From contig OZ320313.1 in the NCBI GenBank assembly GCA_976226885.1, positions 61,256,001 through 61,320,000 on the forward strand: a stretch of DNA of 64,000 bases, written 5' to 3'. Source of the stretch: Iphione sp. A-MEVVRFRX5. Taxonomy: Eukaryota. Both the position numbers and the translations under genes were made by a program. The notes beneath the pieces are model-generated. The model saw nothing but the letters and a program-made list of their open reading frames with translations, ran no database searches and had not been told where the DNA came from. Every line of letters begins with the position of its first letter. The stretch's first letter is position 1. This document shows, one piece after another, positions 1-12,930 of this stretch.

Positions 1-544
1 GATTCTCGCTGAAAGCTAACTTCCTCATTGAAAGGGCGCAGCCAGATAAGGTTTTGCGAATAGTACCTGACCGACTGTGACCTTGGAGGTAGTTAGATAA
101 GGCACTGCGTAAGAGACAATGGAACACAGCAGACGACTTTCTGACACGGTTCTCATTTGGTGTAGGAGCTCTAACGTGTGTCGCATAGAAATGGCCATCA
201 TCACGTGACACTAGAGACGCCCGCAGCGTTACCAATAAATGCCTGTTTGCCAGATCTTTTCCAAAGCTTCAGCAGTCACGCAATAGTCTCGGGCCTTTCC
301 TTACTAACTGCTTCTACATCTTTTAAACTTAATTGCAGTTGTAAGTGAAATTCCAAGTAGGTTCATATTTAGCCTCTTTGTCGCCATTTTTAGCAAAATA
401 TAAACACATTGATGGCGCCTCTTTCAGCAAGAAACCTTAAGGCCTATCACAGATTTGCCGTAAGTGGAGAATTCCTGTATCCGAGGAACCATGTGTGAAA
501 CAGTTGCCATGAACCAAAAAAATAGTTTTATTGATGCATCAGTC

Positions 545-698
545 TTTCTTCCCTGTCTTTCTCTGTCTCTCTCCCTCCCTGTCCTCCCGTCATCCTGTCT
601 CTATCTGTGTCTCTATATCTCTCTCCCTCTTTCCCTCTCCCCCTCTGTCTGTCTGTCTGTCTGTCTGTCTGTTTCTCTCTCTCTCTCATTCTCTCTCT
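545..698. repeat. Compound (CT)n/(CTGT)n microsatellite
   Basis: Direct inspection. Confidence 0.9.
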
Positions 699-1039
699 TG
701 TAACGCATTCAACGCCCTCAGTATAAATATCGCATATAATTTGTGTCTTCCGTTTACATGTATCATGATTATCCGACCTATTCAAAAAAAAACGCACACG
801 GTAGCTCCCTAAGCGAATCATTCACTCCGGTTGTGCGCGAGACCACCCCGCCCCCTCACACGGCTCCTAAATGACGCGACATATTAGTCTCATATTTAAA
901 ACCCGATACTCACCTACGAGAGCTCTTGCATCAGCTACCCAGTGTTGTGGGGAAAAAACAAACTAATCCACTGAAACATGATTTGATCCTCAATTCATGA
1001 TTATCAGCTGCAAATACAGCCTATGGATTTATCGGGCCT

Positions 1040-1500
1040 CCCTCTCGCACCGGCGGAAAGGGTCCCATGGGAGATGCCACGGGACGATCAGCCAGGGTCC
1101 CACAGCCGGTAGCGAATGCTAGGGATGGGGATGCGGGAGGCAGAACGAGTGGGCCTCAGGCTTGGTTGTGGCTTCTAATAAGTAGTATATAAATGGGACT
1201 TGGGAACAGGAAGTCGTCCTCAGTCGCTGACGACCACTTCCTGCCGGAGGGCAACAAATCACGAAGGCTGCCTCTAACCACCCTCCTGTTAACACACAAA
1301 GTCGTCCCTGCGGTCCGAGGATGACGCCACAGCGTACTCTAGCGGCAGCAGAACGAGCGAACCTTACGTTAAGGTCACAGATGTGTCTACATCGGCATTG
1401 CCGTCATAAATAAGTGACTATAGTAGCTGCCCCGTTGAAGTATTGAGGGTGATTATAAGCATGCTAAATACCACTACTACCATAAATACAATAAAGATTG
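1040..1500 (+). mobile_element. LTR-like remnant (boundaries uncertain)
   Basis: GC-rich block with TATATAAA (~1186) and downstream AATAAA; shares AGGGTCCCATGGGAGATG-like motif with 51181-51205 and 43446-43490. No termini/TSD resolved. Confidence 0.35.
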
Positions 1501-3930
1501 ATCTCAATGAAACCTGTTTACGAATAGTGAGAATGACAGCATACCGTAAAATGAGTTCAGTTCAGATGAGTAGGAAGCTACGTGTCAGTCAGTATAATGC
1601 CTGTATTCGAACTCCATGTCCGAACAGCGCATCTATACATTGAACTTATCTTCTTTACGGTATTCGCCCGTTATCGATTTTATCAGCTGCAGTTTACTGA
1701 CAAAAGCTATGATGTCAAGCATGCAGACATACCCGCTGGCGAGTGGCAATCTGTAAGCTCCCTGTTGTTTATCCTTTATGAGGTTGTCGTGTGGTAGCGT
1801 CTCGTCAACGTTGCCATGTCAACATTCATCACCAGGCGGCCTGCCTACCGCCACATTTCACCCGCCCACCCATCCGCCACCGCGTTGAGAGTCTCCTTCC
1901 AGCGGCTGAGTACCAACACTGACCAGGCTCATCCACCATTGGAAAACCACATAAAAACCCTCCCTTAATAACACGTCTCTCAAGAGCCACCAGTCAAACA
2001 GGTAGACCTACTTGAATCTTAAAGCGTCCTGAAAGTACTTCCATTGCGGGAAAACACTTCGGGCTTCACTTACCATTCGTCCCCTCTGCCTGTAACCCTT
2101 TAAACTAAGTTTTCGCCCACCATTTCATGGGCAGAGATATTTGTCATATAACGATAATGTCTTTCAGATCCAATTTGCTGACAGCCTGTTTTGATGGTAG
2201 TGTGGGACAAACAAGAGGGACTTGGCAAAAAATTGGCCTGGCATTCGAAGGATGTCCTAGGAGCAGTCATTGCGTCCACCTGCCTGTAATGATGTTTGCC
2301 ACTGTCAGCGGACCGACCATCCACTCAAATAACGGTCTGCTCCCTGATCGATTTGGCCGTCAGAGAACAAAACAATGACGACTTGACTGGGAGAGTCTAA
2401 AAAAAGGAACGAGCAGCAGACAAACGGAATCTGGGCACAAATAACGAGCCCACTCCTTCCGCCTCCGTCAAAGGTTGCCCTCTAGTGGTGAGCCCAGACA
2501 ACCTGGGCAGCTCCTCGTACCCCCAGGAGTGGAACAGCCTCCCAACTGATGGCCAGTACTGGCCTCTCGGTTTGCTACAGCAGAGGCGTTGACCCCACTT
2601 GAACCCGGGAGCTTGACCTTTTCCAGACATGTCCGGGGCTCGGAGATTCTCCAGTGTACGGCCAGTGATCATGTAGCAGCTATAGTACAACTAAACGAAA
2701 CAGGCGCAATCCTGTTTCCTTTCCTGGAATCAATGGCGGATTTGAATACAGTTCCTCTTGCTACTGTGAATTCATAAAATTACCTGTGGGTACAACGAGT
2801 CTTGGCTAATGGTTTAGAATTAATAATACGCCTGTTATTGGTTTTAGAGTACATGTATGTAGAATATCCTCCGATCCAGTCAAAACCTGGTCGGGAATGC
2901 TTTATATCGTGTAAACAGATACGCGATGTTCAAAGTAACGGCGTACACACATTCTTAATCTACTAGTTGAACACCTGCAGAATGTTGTGTTATCCAGATT
3001 ACGTAATAAGCAAATAAACGTCTGTGTACCGGTGTTAGTTATAACTATATTTAGTATTCGCCATGTTCGTCCCCAGAGTGAACTAGCCAATGCAGTTGTG
3101 TGCTTCAATGGCTGAAACCGTTGCATATGTACATGTACATCAATGGAGTAGGGTAACTACAGTTAGAGCTGACATGTTTCCGTTGGAGTTTGACAGTGAA
3201 AGCCCTAGAGGTTTAACGCCCGATTAGGCGCCAAACCCCAGTCAACAAAGGTAATATATTAGTGTCTTTCACTTCAACGCCTTCGTTTTGAAATACAATT
3301 TTCCGAAGCGAGCACCCGCGTATAGAATTTACTATCTAGCGACTGTAGCCTGTTCTTCAAACACGCCCTATATGCAGTTACTTATTGACATTTACGCTTC
3401 AGAGGCTTCTAAGCTTAGATTCGATTGATGGGTAAATTGACTAAATCGGCTGCAAGACCCCTCTGACTGGACGATACGTCACATTACATAACCATTCTGG
3501 ATTCATTCCTCAAATTCTTGTGCAACATTTACTGACTTCGATTCGGTGGCAGTCTACATGCCTGTATACATATTATTTTGTTTATGTAGCCAAACGGCGA
3601 TATGAAATTTTGACTCATTCAAAGTTTGCTTTTCTCTTCGTGAAAATTAATGAAAATAATCGTCAACACACATTGCCGATATAACAAAAATTGTAATATA
3701 TGATCAAGATCCTATTCTAAGATAAAAGACGTGTGAGGTCATGTATGCTTTCGCACAGCATGTATACTTACCTCTCCCTGGTGGAAACCAGATTTACCGC
3801 TACAAGTCATTTTAATGCAGCCATAAGCTTTTCAATGAAAGTACTTTTTTAAAACTCCCATAGTAAAACCATTCCAGTCTTTCAAGGTTTTGGAATCTTC
3901 CTATACTCGGGAAGTCTTTGAATCGATCAG

Positions 3931-4780
3931 CTATCTTTGTTCCGTTTTCTCCCCCATGTATTTTGTTTGAGGTTCTATGTAAATATTAATATCCATGCAT
4001 AAACTAATGTAGTGACGTCGTTTTAAAGAAATACTATAGAGTTTAGGGTAATGAGAATATAATATCCATTTTGGTTGTTGGATATTTGTACGACGCATTG
4101 GACAGATACAGTTATCTTCATTTGATGAGCTGGGTTCAGAATGCGTCATTCCTACGGATGGCCGTCATTTTCCGTTCTAGATTATTTCTTCAGTTATATA
4201 GGCCTACAGCTGCAACCCCTAGTACAATTTTACGCATAAATCAGTTTGTTAGGCTAATCTGTCGGTTGCATGGCTCTCGGTTCTGGACAGACCACGGTAT
4301 TTATACATATTACCGTGTAATCAACATTTAATATACACCTTTCGAAATGGTGGGGACATTATTATAAAGAGAGAGGCCTCACGGGCATAAAATATTTAGT
4401 TTTATATCAAGCAGTATATTTCATTACAGCATATGGGGCCGCTGTGGCGTATCCAGAAAGATGGAAACCGAAGCCTGGTAGTTTGTCATGCAAGCCTTGT
4501 ACATAAATTTTATCAAGTAGAACATCGTTAGAGACAGAATCAAATGCCCGGTGGCAGTCAAAAACACAAAATTGCCCCAAGGTATGCCTCATTAAAAGGT
4601 ATTGTGCATCACATCCATTATTATGACGATTGCTCGTCCTACTTCATATCCAGCCTTCCAGCCATTTTGGGAAGAGGAAATTAAACCATTGTTACTTTAA
4701 AGAGTCATCAATTATGTTGTTGTTTATTTCTATAATTCTTTGTGAAAAAGGAAGTACACTGATTCCGTAATTCATCTTAA
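3931..4780 (-). mobile_element. Highly degenerate LINE reverse-transcriptase remnant
   Basis: Collinear RT motif traces with frameshifts: NY-(P)ISVLPF (~4776-4745), FDCHRAFDSVSNDVLLDKI...G (4592-4407), IEPQTKYMG (~3990-3950). Confidence 0.7.
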
Positions 4781-7700
4781 CTAACAATATATCTCACATG
4801 TAGACGGTGCATGTGAAAATTGTAAATCAGTTAGTATATATGATCTTGATACTACAAAATTAATACACATATAGTAATGACCATTCTTCCAGTCGTACGT
4901 CTTACTGTGCAATGAATTTTTCAGTTCTAACAACTGGTTCCTTCACTTTAGATACCAGCTCTGGTCATGAGTAGACAGAGTAATAGATTTCTGCAATATC
5001 TGTATCGTTTATACACGCCCATTTCTTTGGTGTGCTGTTCTCCTCCTTCTTCATTTCAACATACCTGTATATATTTATGCATGTTATGACCACGTTGAAA
5101 AATAATAATATAATATCATCAAGAATGTTATATGAGTTACCAAGATATATTATTTCCTTAGCTTAGACTATTCTTGACATGTTTGCATTTCTTGGGTATT
5201 GTGATGCGTTTTGCCTATAATGCGGCTGCTGCTGAACCAAATATGTACGGTGTAGATGGAATAGTAGTAAAACAGGTCGATGAAAGCTAAACAAAGCCTG
5301 TTTTGTATTAGTACATGTAGTTTGTTAAAACCACCTATCTTCCAACCAAATCTACATATCAGGGCATATTAATTTTGTCCTAGAGTTTCTCTCTTGTGCT
5401 AAGTGAATTCTTAGATTTTTCTCATTCTCCTTGTTCATTAGCACAGTGTATGCTATGGCCCTACTCAAATTGATAAGAAACCATAACCTGATAATGTACA
5501 TGTATAGTCACACATAACTGTATGACCGAGAGACATGTGCATATACAAATGGCCTGAATAACATGATATGTTATGTGCAACCCCTATTTTTCAACTATGC
5601 ATGATATAAACGTACAGGTACGTAGGGGCCCAGTGTAATCTACATATACTATTTCAAGGAAACTGTCAGAGAAGGGAATTTCTCGTAACTATGGTCTTAT
5701 TCACGACATAATGACAAATTATCCAGACGTTGTTTACCAAGTGGCATCCTAGAAAGTGCCTCTCACTCAATCATTTATTGCCAGGGTCTTTATGATGGCA
5801 TGGGCTCTGCAACTTTTCATCCGTTTCCTCAGATTCACCTCATTATTTCATTTAGATGAGCAGGCTCGAACGGCGCGTGCGCAGGGACATATCTATCGGT
5901 CGATGGTGATAGACAACCTTCCCACTAACACACTCAGCCGCCGAGGTATCATGACCACTTTAGTGGCAGCGTCAATAAAAACCTCGCCACGCTAATCCTT
6001 CAAAATGGACAGACTAGAAAGTGCCGCGCATTTTCATATTATACACTTGCGTGCAAATGGTTTCAGTTCACATTTACTTGTTCAGTTCGATACAGTTAAA
6101 ATTAAACGAAATTGTTACTCCAGATAATGCGTCTAAGGGCCCATGGTTAACTGTCACCCCAAAGCTTGAACACTATTTCTCAAGAACAACTCGCAATGGA
6201 ACCATAAGCAACATGGCCGCTATAGACATATTCGGGCACAGATGCATCGATACAGCAATATCATTAGAGCCATGGCATTCACGTGCCTGTAACAAATTGA
6301 CTCGAAGGTACGCTCTAATACATGAATAGTTCCCACCTCGATCAGAATGCATTCCAAGAAAACCCTTCTGATAGTCCTGACACTATTTCATATGTCGCGG
6401 AAAAAAACAAAAGCCAATGTATCAATTCTGACCAGACTGCCAAGATGCACATGGGGCGATCCTAGGCCAGGTAATTAGTGCTGCATAATTACCATGATTA
6501 CTTAGCCCTATTGCCAGGAGGGTTGATTTACTTCAGGAGGCGATATCAATACAGTGGATGATCCCTGGTGTATTAGACCTGTTCTCCATTAACAATCGAT
6601 GCACCCTGTCCTCCGTGCTCCGTGAGCACCTCCACCGCCAGCACTGCCACATCTCCGGTTTGCTTTATTGCCGCTGGCTATTCATTCGCACTCGCCACAC
6701 TAGAAGCCATGGCAACATGGTCTTTTCTCTCCGTCACCCGCCTCCTCCGCCCTCTTCGCCTCACCCATCAGTCCTACCACCATCCTGTCCACACTACCCT
6801 CTATTACCCGCGCATTAACAATTCATACGTCCATATACTCCGCGCCTGACGCGCACGCGTCGAACGCCTCCCCAGAGTCGCCCTCTGGACGTCGCGCAGG
6901 GAGATGATAGCTCAGTGGGGGCTGGCACAGAGCCAGTACCTGCGTTGAGCGACTCCTTTGAGGCTACACGGCAGAAGTGCAATGATAAACCAGACGGTCA
7001 GGAATGGCTTTTGTTTGTCAGTCCAATAGTGCAGTCAGCAGCAATAACTTTCTAGTCGGAATAGTCAATCCATCTCCGGCTTTCGACACTTAGTGCTCCT
7101 GCGGATAAACCAGGGCCAATGGGGGAGCTCTCTATATCTTTCCTAATGCTGTGGTGCCTATGGCAATTGTTAGGATTTGTCACGAAACCCCTTTTCTGGG
7201 CTAACTCGCGTCCTATGCTAAGCGCGACATTATAAACCAGGACGACATGCATTCCATGGAGAAACATATTCTCAGCTTTGACTTTTTGCTTCTTGTGTCA
7301 TATTATTTCCCATTACCTTTCTTGCTTGTTCGATTCTGCTAAATTTCTAATTGTAAATCATAATAGAAGTTGATACCTTCCATAGCTAATGTCCTGCGCC
7401 GTAAAAAAAAAACGATAGATATGTCTACGCGTTATTCAATTAAAAGCCAAATACATGTACGTGTACATTCGTACAGGTCTGCGGATTACGTCATAATTTT
7501 TTTACGAGACATCCGCCTCCTCCAAGCCTATGAAGAAAATTGTGATTGTGTGACCTGTGTAATTGCTCGTAGGGTCGAAGGCACATAAGTGCCTCTCCCC
7601 ATCCTTAGCAATCTCTATAGCTCCCCGAGTGTCTTACTAGACACCTGGTTCATTTCTCTTTGGACTGCCCAAGGGGTCGCTATCGAACCCCGGAATGGGT

Positions 7701-8572
7701 ATGTGGGAGCTACGAAGCGTTCCATCTTCAATGTCAGGCAAGCACGAATGTCGAGACCTCTGAGACGGTGCGCATGCACACACCATAGAGTTGACCGTCG
7801 GCGTTTTGGCTGATCAACATGGACTGATGGCGAAGAAGTAATTCTTTATTGACTGGCACCTATCCGAAACAAGAAAACGAGATTTTTCGGAGCGGGGAAT
7901 GCCAGGACTGACAACGAGATTACTGTAATTTCCCAATCTGGTCATGCCCGAATCACGCCAAATCTTGGCATTCTTCAGCAACCTCACACAGTGCTCGAGT
8001 GTAAAGTTTCTCCCAGTGTATGATGTGAATAAAACGCAGCCCGTTTCGCAATGGCATCGAAATCGTCACTCTACTCCGCGCCTTGCCAACCAAATATTAC
8101 GCCAATACCACGTATAAATGCGGTTGGTGAATAAGACTGGGTACTGAAGTAACAGTAAAGGTGCCCTTTCAGTTATGCTGCAAGTTGATGGCTGTTGTTG
8201 CATGGCCGCTCTATTCCTCCTCAGCCGGCTGTCTAAAACAATAGGCCCAGTCATCATTAAGCATTTAGCACTCGCTCCGGGCAGACGTGTCAGGCGCGGG
8301 GCGGCCGCACAGACGGGGCTAATCACGACCTGTTCGGCCCGACACGACACACCATTCGGGCCTGGATCGGGGTGATGGTTCTGTCAGCGCCTGCACCTAA
8401 ATCATGCGAGCCAGACTCGCGACAATGCATTAAACATGGTGTCCAAATCACAACACGCTGGGTGCGATTGTTTGTGTGGGATTCCGGTTTTGCGTGTTTC
8501 AGACCTGTTCATTCTTATTCACTGCAGCAGGCACGACGGACTAAGCTGACGGCGTATCCCCTTCTCCTTTAG

Positions 8573-8628
8573 GCTCCTACTCCTAAGTATGATATATTTA
8601 GTGATAACAAAAGAGTATGCCGTGCAGA
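8573..8628 (+). CDS. Candidate 56-nt exon
   Basis: Acceptor ATCCCCTTCTCCTTTAG|, donor A|GTAAGT; two frames open; frame 0 is phase-compatible with 10821-10951. Confidence 0.25.
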
Positions 8629-10709
8629 GTAAGTGCATACCTGTATATGTGAAAAATAGTCACCCTGTATAACAAGTCAATCTATTTGACATATTGCTGA
8701 TGGTTATCTGAAGGAACCTCAGGTTGTGTTGAGATCTGCATTATGGTAGGAAATAAAAGGCACACATAACTAAGATTTTACAAAGAAGTTACTTCGTGGC
8801 AGGGTTAGTCAGATGCACTCACTGGTCTTCCAATTGTCATGAAACAAATCATGTTCACATACGAATGTTCATGCTACCGCATGGAAATGTCATTTATACA
8901 AATAAGGAAAGCAGATTTCTTTACAAAGGACAACACAGTGTTACAGGTTTAATCATGCAGCGGCTAGTTAGTAATTCTGAAACAAATTCAAATTTAGATG
9001 TAAATATATGATCACACATACTATAAATACCCCAGGAAAGCAACGGGACAAAAGGGACCCACTGTGAAGAAACAACCCCGAGGTCTGCGCTGGTCTCCCA
9101 GCCCACAGTATTATATTAAGAGTCTCAGGTAGGCACATTGCATTCATGGGCACGGAACATCCCGTGATATAGCATGTATCGTCACACAAGAGTATTGTGC
9201 TCGACTAGACTTGCATACGATTAAGCCACGAAAATATAGCGCATTATCTAAAATGGTCAATAATTAAGAAGACATCTTTGAAAATCTCATCTATGGGAAG
9301 GCACAAGACCTACTAATGTAGGCTTTATCTTTGCTTATATGAAATTATCTCTAAGCCTTTCCCTCTAGTCAGGGGCTTCTTCATTAATCTATGAAAGTTA
9401 GTCCCTGTAAACTGCTCAAGTGTTTGAGTACCCTCTTAGAATATGCATTTACCCACTAAGTGGCTAATTTTTGTTACTGTGAATATCAGATAACCAATTG
9501 TTCACGAGTATACATGTATATGTTATATGCATGGATTTCTTGTTCGAAATAAGCAGTTTCTACAACAAGGTTTGCTTTATAACTGGTGCACACTAGTTTC
9601 AGACTTTTGACCGGCTGCCTCTCTGCTATTGACCTAAAGGAAAACCAAGACATAGGAAAGCTCACAAACTATGCTTTCAGATGTCTTGATATCTGCAAAT
9701 CTCATTACAGAAACAGGTCCCTAATTGTGATAGGTCAGGCTATATATGGAAGTTGATACAGTTAAGATAAGGTTTGGGAAAGGTTTTGAGCTAGTTAGGG
9801 ACACAGCAAAGGTTGGGGATAATGCAGTAGATGGTATTTGAGTGTATTTATATTGGTTTCCCTACATTGGTAGTGATACAGATCAGCAGACCTATATTCC
9901 ATAGATGGCAGAGGGAAAACTAATACCTTCCATCTTTGGAACACTTTTCCCATCCTAATGTAAGAAGAAAAAGTCGCCAGACAAATGTAACAGCATGTAT
10001 AGCAGGATGTTTTCAATTTGATGGAAACTTCAGTCCTTACTGGGCACGAAATCCGTCAGAAGTTAAACATTTATAGTTGAAGGTTGATCGATAAATTAAA
10101 ACAGAAAGAGTCCGGATATATGGTTATATATTGTATGATGAATACATATATATAAAGAAAAATGAATAGTATCAATATCCTTTTGTGATGAAAGGTAATT
10201 ATGTTAAAAACATATATTCCCAAAATATTGAGAGGCACTTAGACCAGAGATAATTTCCCTTTGTTAGTATTGCATCTTCTACTTCTTTCTACCTCTTCAT
10301 TAATATATTCGAATCAGGTGAAAGACTTAGGTCCTTATTCTGTTCTGTTCATGCAATATGCTTTACAATTTTTGTACAACTGGAAATTGTTGGGATTCCA
10401 TAATAATTATAGATTGTGTTGACAAAGTCCTGTTTTGCTGTCAATAATACAAAGGCCCAAAAGAAGTAGGGGTGCAGAGGGGGTGGAAAGAAAGGAATGA
10501 TTAATCATTTTCCATTTAAGATCTGTTGTTGATATAAATTTTGCGTAGCTAACCTGGTACCTACAATGTCAAATCTTTACATTTATAGAGTGATAGAGAT
10601 GTGACAAGGTACCTGTGACACCAGTGTATTTATATTAACTACATTATATCCTAGACACTATGAAGGTCAACATACAGTGACATATGGGCTATTATTTTAT
10701 TCCATCAGC

Positions 10710-10812
10710 TCTCTTCAACACTCTTTCTCTCCTGCTATTTTTTGTCTGTCTGTCTGTCTCAATCTCTCTGTCACTCTCTGTCTCTCTCCCTCTTTTTTCC
10801 TCTCTCCCTCGC
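10710..10812. repeat. Compound (CT)n/(CTGT)n microsatellite
   Basis: Direct inspection. Confidence 0.85.
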
Positions 10813-10820
10813 CTGTACAG

Positions 10821-10951
10821 ACGCAAAGCACCTCTCAAGAAAGGTGCAGAGGGGTCTGGAAAATCAGCTGAAATTTCCACAGAGCCACATATATGGAAAC
10901 AATTCTGGACACATGGAAAACGAGCCTTAAATAAGTGCCAGCAGCCATCTG
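10821..10951 (+). CDS. Candidate coding exon of an unidentified gene
   Basis: Long pyrimidine tract + CAG|, donor CTG|GTAAGC, open frame RKAPLKKGAEGSGKSAEISTEPHIWKQFWTHGKRALNKCQQPS; tract is a microsatellite so may be fortuitous. Confidence 0.28.
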
Positions 10952-11752
10952 GTAAGCCTTTCCTTTACCCTCTCATCGATGAGTGCTGATAGATTGCTTT
11001 ATCAACCTGATAAGACAGTAGATCGTATGACGGAAATGCCTATACTATTGAAAGCAAATTTGTTCTTTAGCAGACATCACGGCAACCTTTGCAAAAACGT
11101 TTAAAGGTTAAACATATGCCTTTCATCCTCTTACCCTTTACTGTGGTACACACAAATCGATAATGTGTAAAATATCCGACACCATTTCAATGCATAAGCT
11201 TTGGTGCAAACTCAGCCAAAAACATAATTCTTTCGAGAATTTCCTTGATCTATATCATTCTTACCGATTGAACGAAAAAGGAACTATAGTATATAGTTCT
11301 TTGGCCGTAGCACCTGTGGCTTGCAGCTTCGTGCCACTTATCGTCAGAACAAAGAACGCAGCGGTGAAGGACGAAAACGTCAACAACAAAGCACCACCTC
11401 CTTACATTAGCTTAGTCATCTTATATTCTTGATAATCCTGAATGGAGGGGGACCGTTAAACTATGAGTCACCTGACAGATCAGGTCACAGCAATTATGTC
11501 AACTAAACTATGTAAACAACATCTCATCAGTAATCAATTGATATTTCTATTGAAGGATGCAGGTCCTCATTATGGGTCAAAGAACTGTTAGCTGACACCA
11601 ATTCTGAGGACTTTAGATGAAGAGGGATCCAACCCTTCACTGCACTACAATTTCTGATTCTATCCTGACAAGCTCGGTTTTCCTATGAAAACCGATAACC
11701 AGCCATTGCTGATCAAAGACTGCATGCTAGCGTGTAATCACGTTATATATAA

Positions 11753-12930
11753 TCAAAGAATCCTTAGATCGTTCGATGCATGACATTGTATCGAATATCT
11801 GGATTTTTGAAAGCAACGAATGCTACCTACAAAATATACGATGGCTGGTATGACAAAAGATTTTGATATATGAATGACAGTTTGTACGTCAGTCATAGTA
11901 CGAACATGTCGTAGGAGGTTGAGTAGTATATGCGATTTACTAACTTTTGAGCTTTGTTCTGTAGTGAAAGTTAGATATCGGTTTAGATGGAAGCCCATGT
12001 ATTTGCAACGATCTACTTGCTTTATCTCAAGGCCTTCTGAGGTTATACTTAGTTTCCTGGTTATATATATATACTCCGTTAGTACAGAATAACATATCTT
12101 CTGTTCTAGTTTTGTTATTTATAATACCATTTATAAGCTAAACGCCAAACATATAGGACCTTTATATCCTCAAGCAAGGCTGTTTCTATTGCTTTGACAT
12201 TTGCCAAACCATACAGTAATACTGTATCATCCGCATAGAAAATGCAGTGAATATTTGACACACAATTTAAACTGTCGTTTATGAATAAACTAAGCAAGGT
12301 AGGCCAAAGGATGTTTCCTACATATATACCGAACACTCCATGACAGAACGACTGTGTATATACATAGATGTCAGTACTCATAAATAATAGTTATTAGGTT
12401 ATAGGTCATGTATCGAGGCATTGCCCTCCGTGTCTAACACAATTCAACCCTATAAAGTCATGCATCGAAAATGCGAAACAACAAAATGTAAATTCACAGT
12501 CGTATTGCCACAAAGCCGTGACCTTTGATGAATAGCTACAAATCGCGGTTCCTCAAGGAGAAAAACATGACATGGTCCATTATAGATTTTATATGACTCA
12601 TGCATAAGTATACTATTTGGACATTCTAGAGTCAAGATGCCTATTTTGTTGTTCGGGTATTGATAATACTATCGAATTCAAATTAGTAAATCCGAGTTTT
12701 CATTCGCCTTTGACTCGATACAATTACTACTACGTGAATCCAAACCAAATTCCTTTGAGGACAGTGATTGATATTGCTATTGCATAAGTTGGCATCAGGT
12801 ACTCACTTTACCTCTGAACTATTGTCTTGGCTTCTAAAAAGATAGTGATGTGAAAAGACTGCAATTCATGTCGATCAAAGCAGATTAAATCGAAAATAGT
12901 TCACATTTGTTGAATTCAGTCCAGTCTCTC
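11753..12930 (-). mobile_element. Degenerate, internally deleted LINE ORF2 remnant related to the main element
   Basis: GNILWPTLLSLFINDS...IFYADDTVLL (12381-12115) and KYMGFHLNRYLTF...ISKSFVIPAIVYF (11998-11753), parallel to main ORF2 GSILGPLLFLIYINDS/YADDT/KYLG/ILKAFIIPHIEY; weaker linker trace RDWTEF near 12926. Confidence 0.82.

Noticed and set aside
464-821. Three overlapping ORFs (79-97 aa)
   Set aside because: Open only because they run across the CT/CTGT microsatellite; low-complexity translations (SLSLSV, RERQTD).
1040-1135. HDV-like ribozyme suggested by GCGAATG (also at ~50974)
   Set aside because: Could not build P1/P2/P3 pairing around either site; the motif is shared LTR-like sequence.
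3764-3773. ATACTTACCT, the 5' end of U1 snRNA
   Set aside because: Similarity stops after 10 nt; simply a reverse-complement splice-donor-like word inside a repeat.
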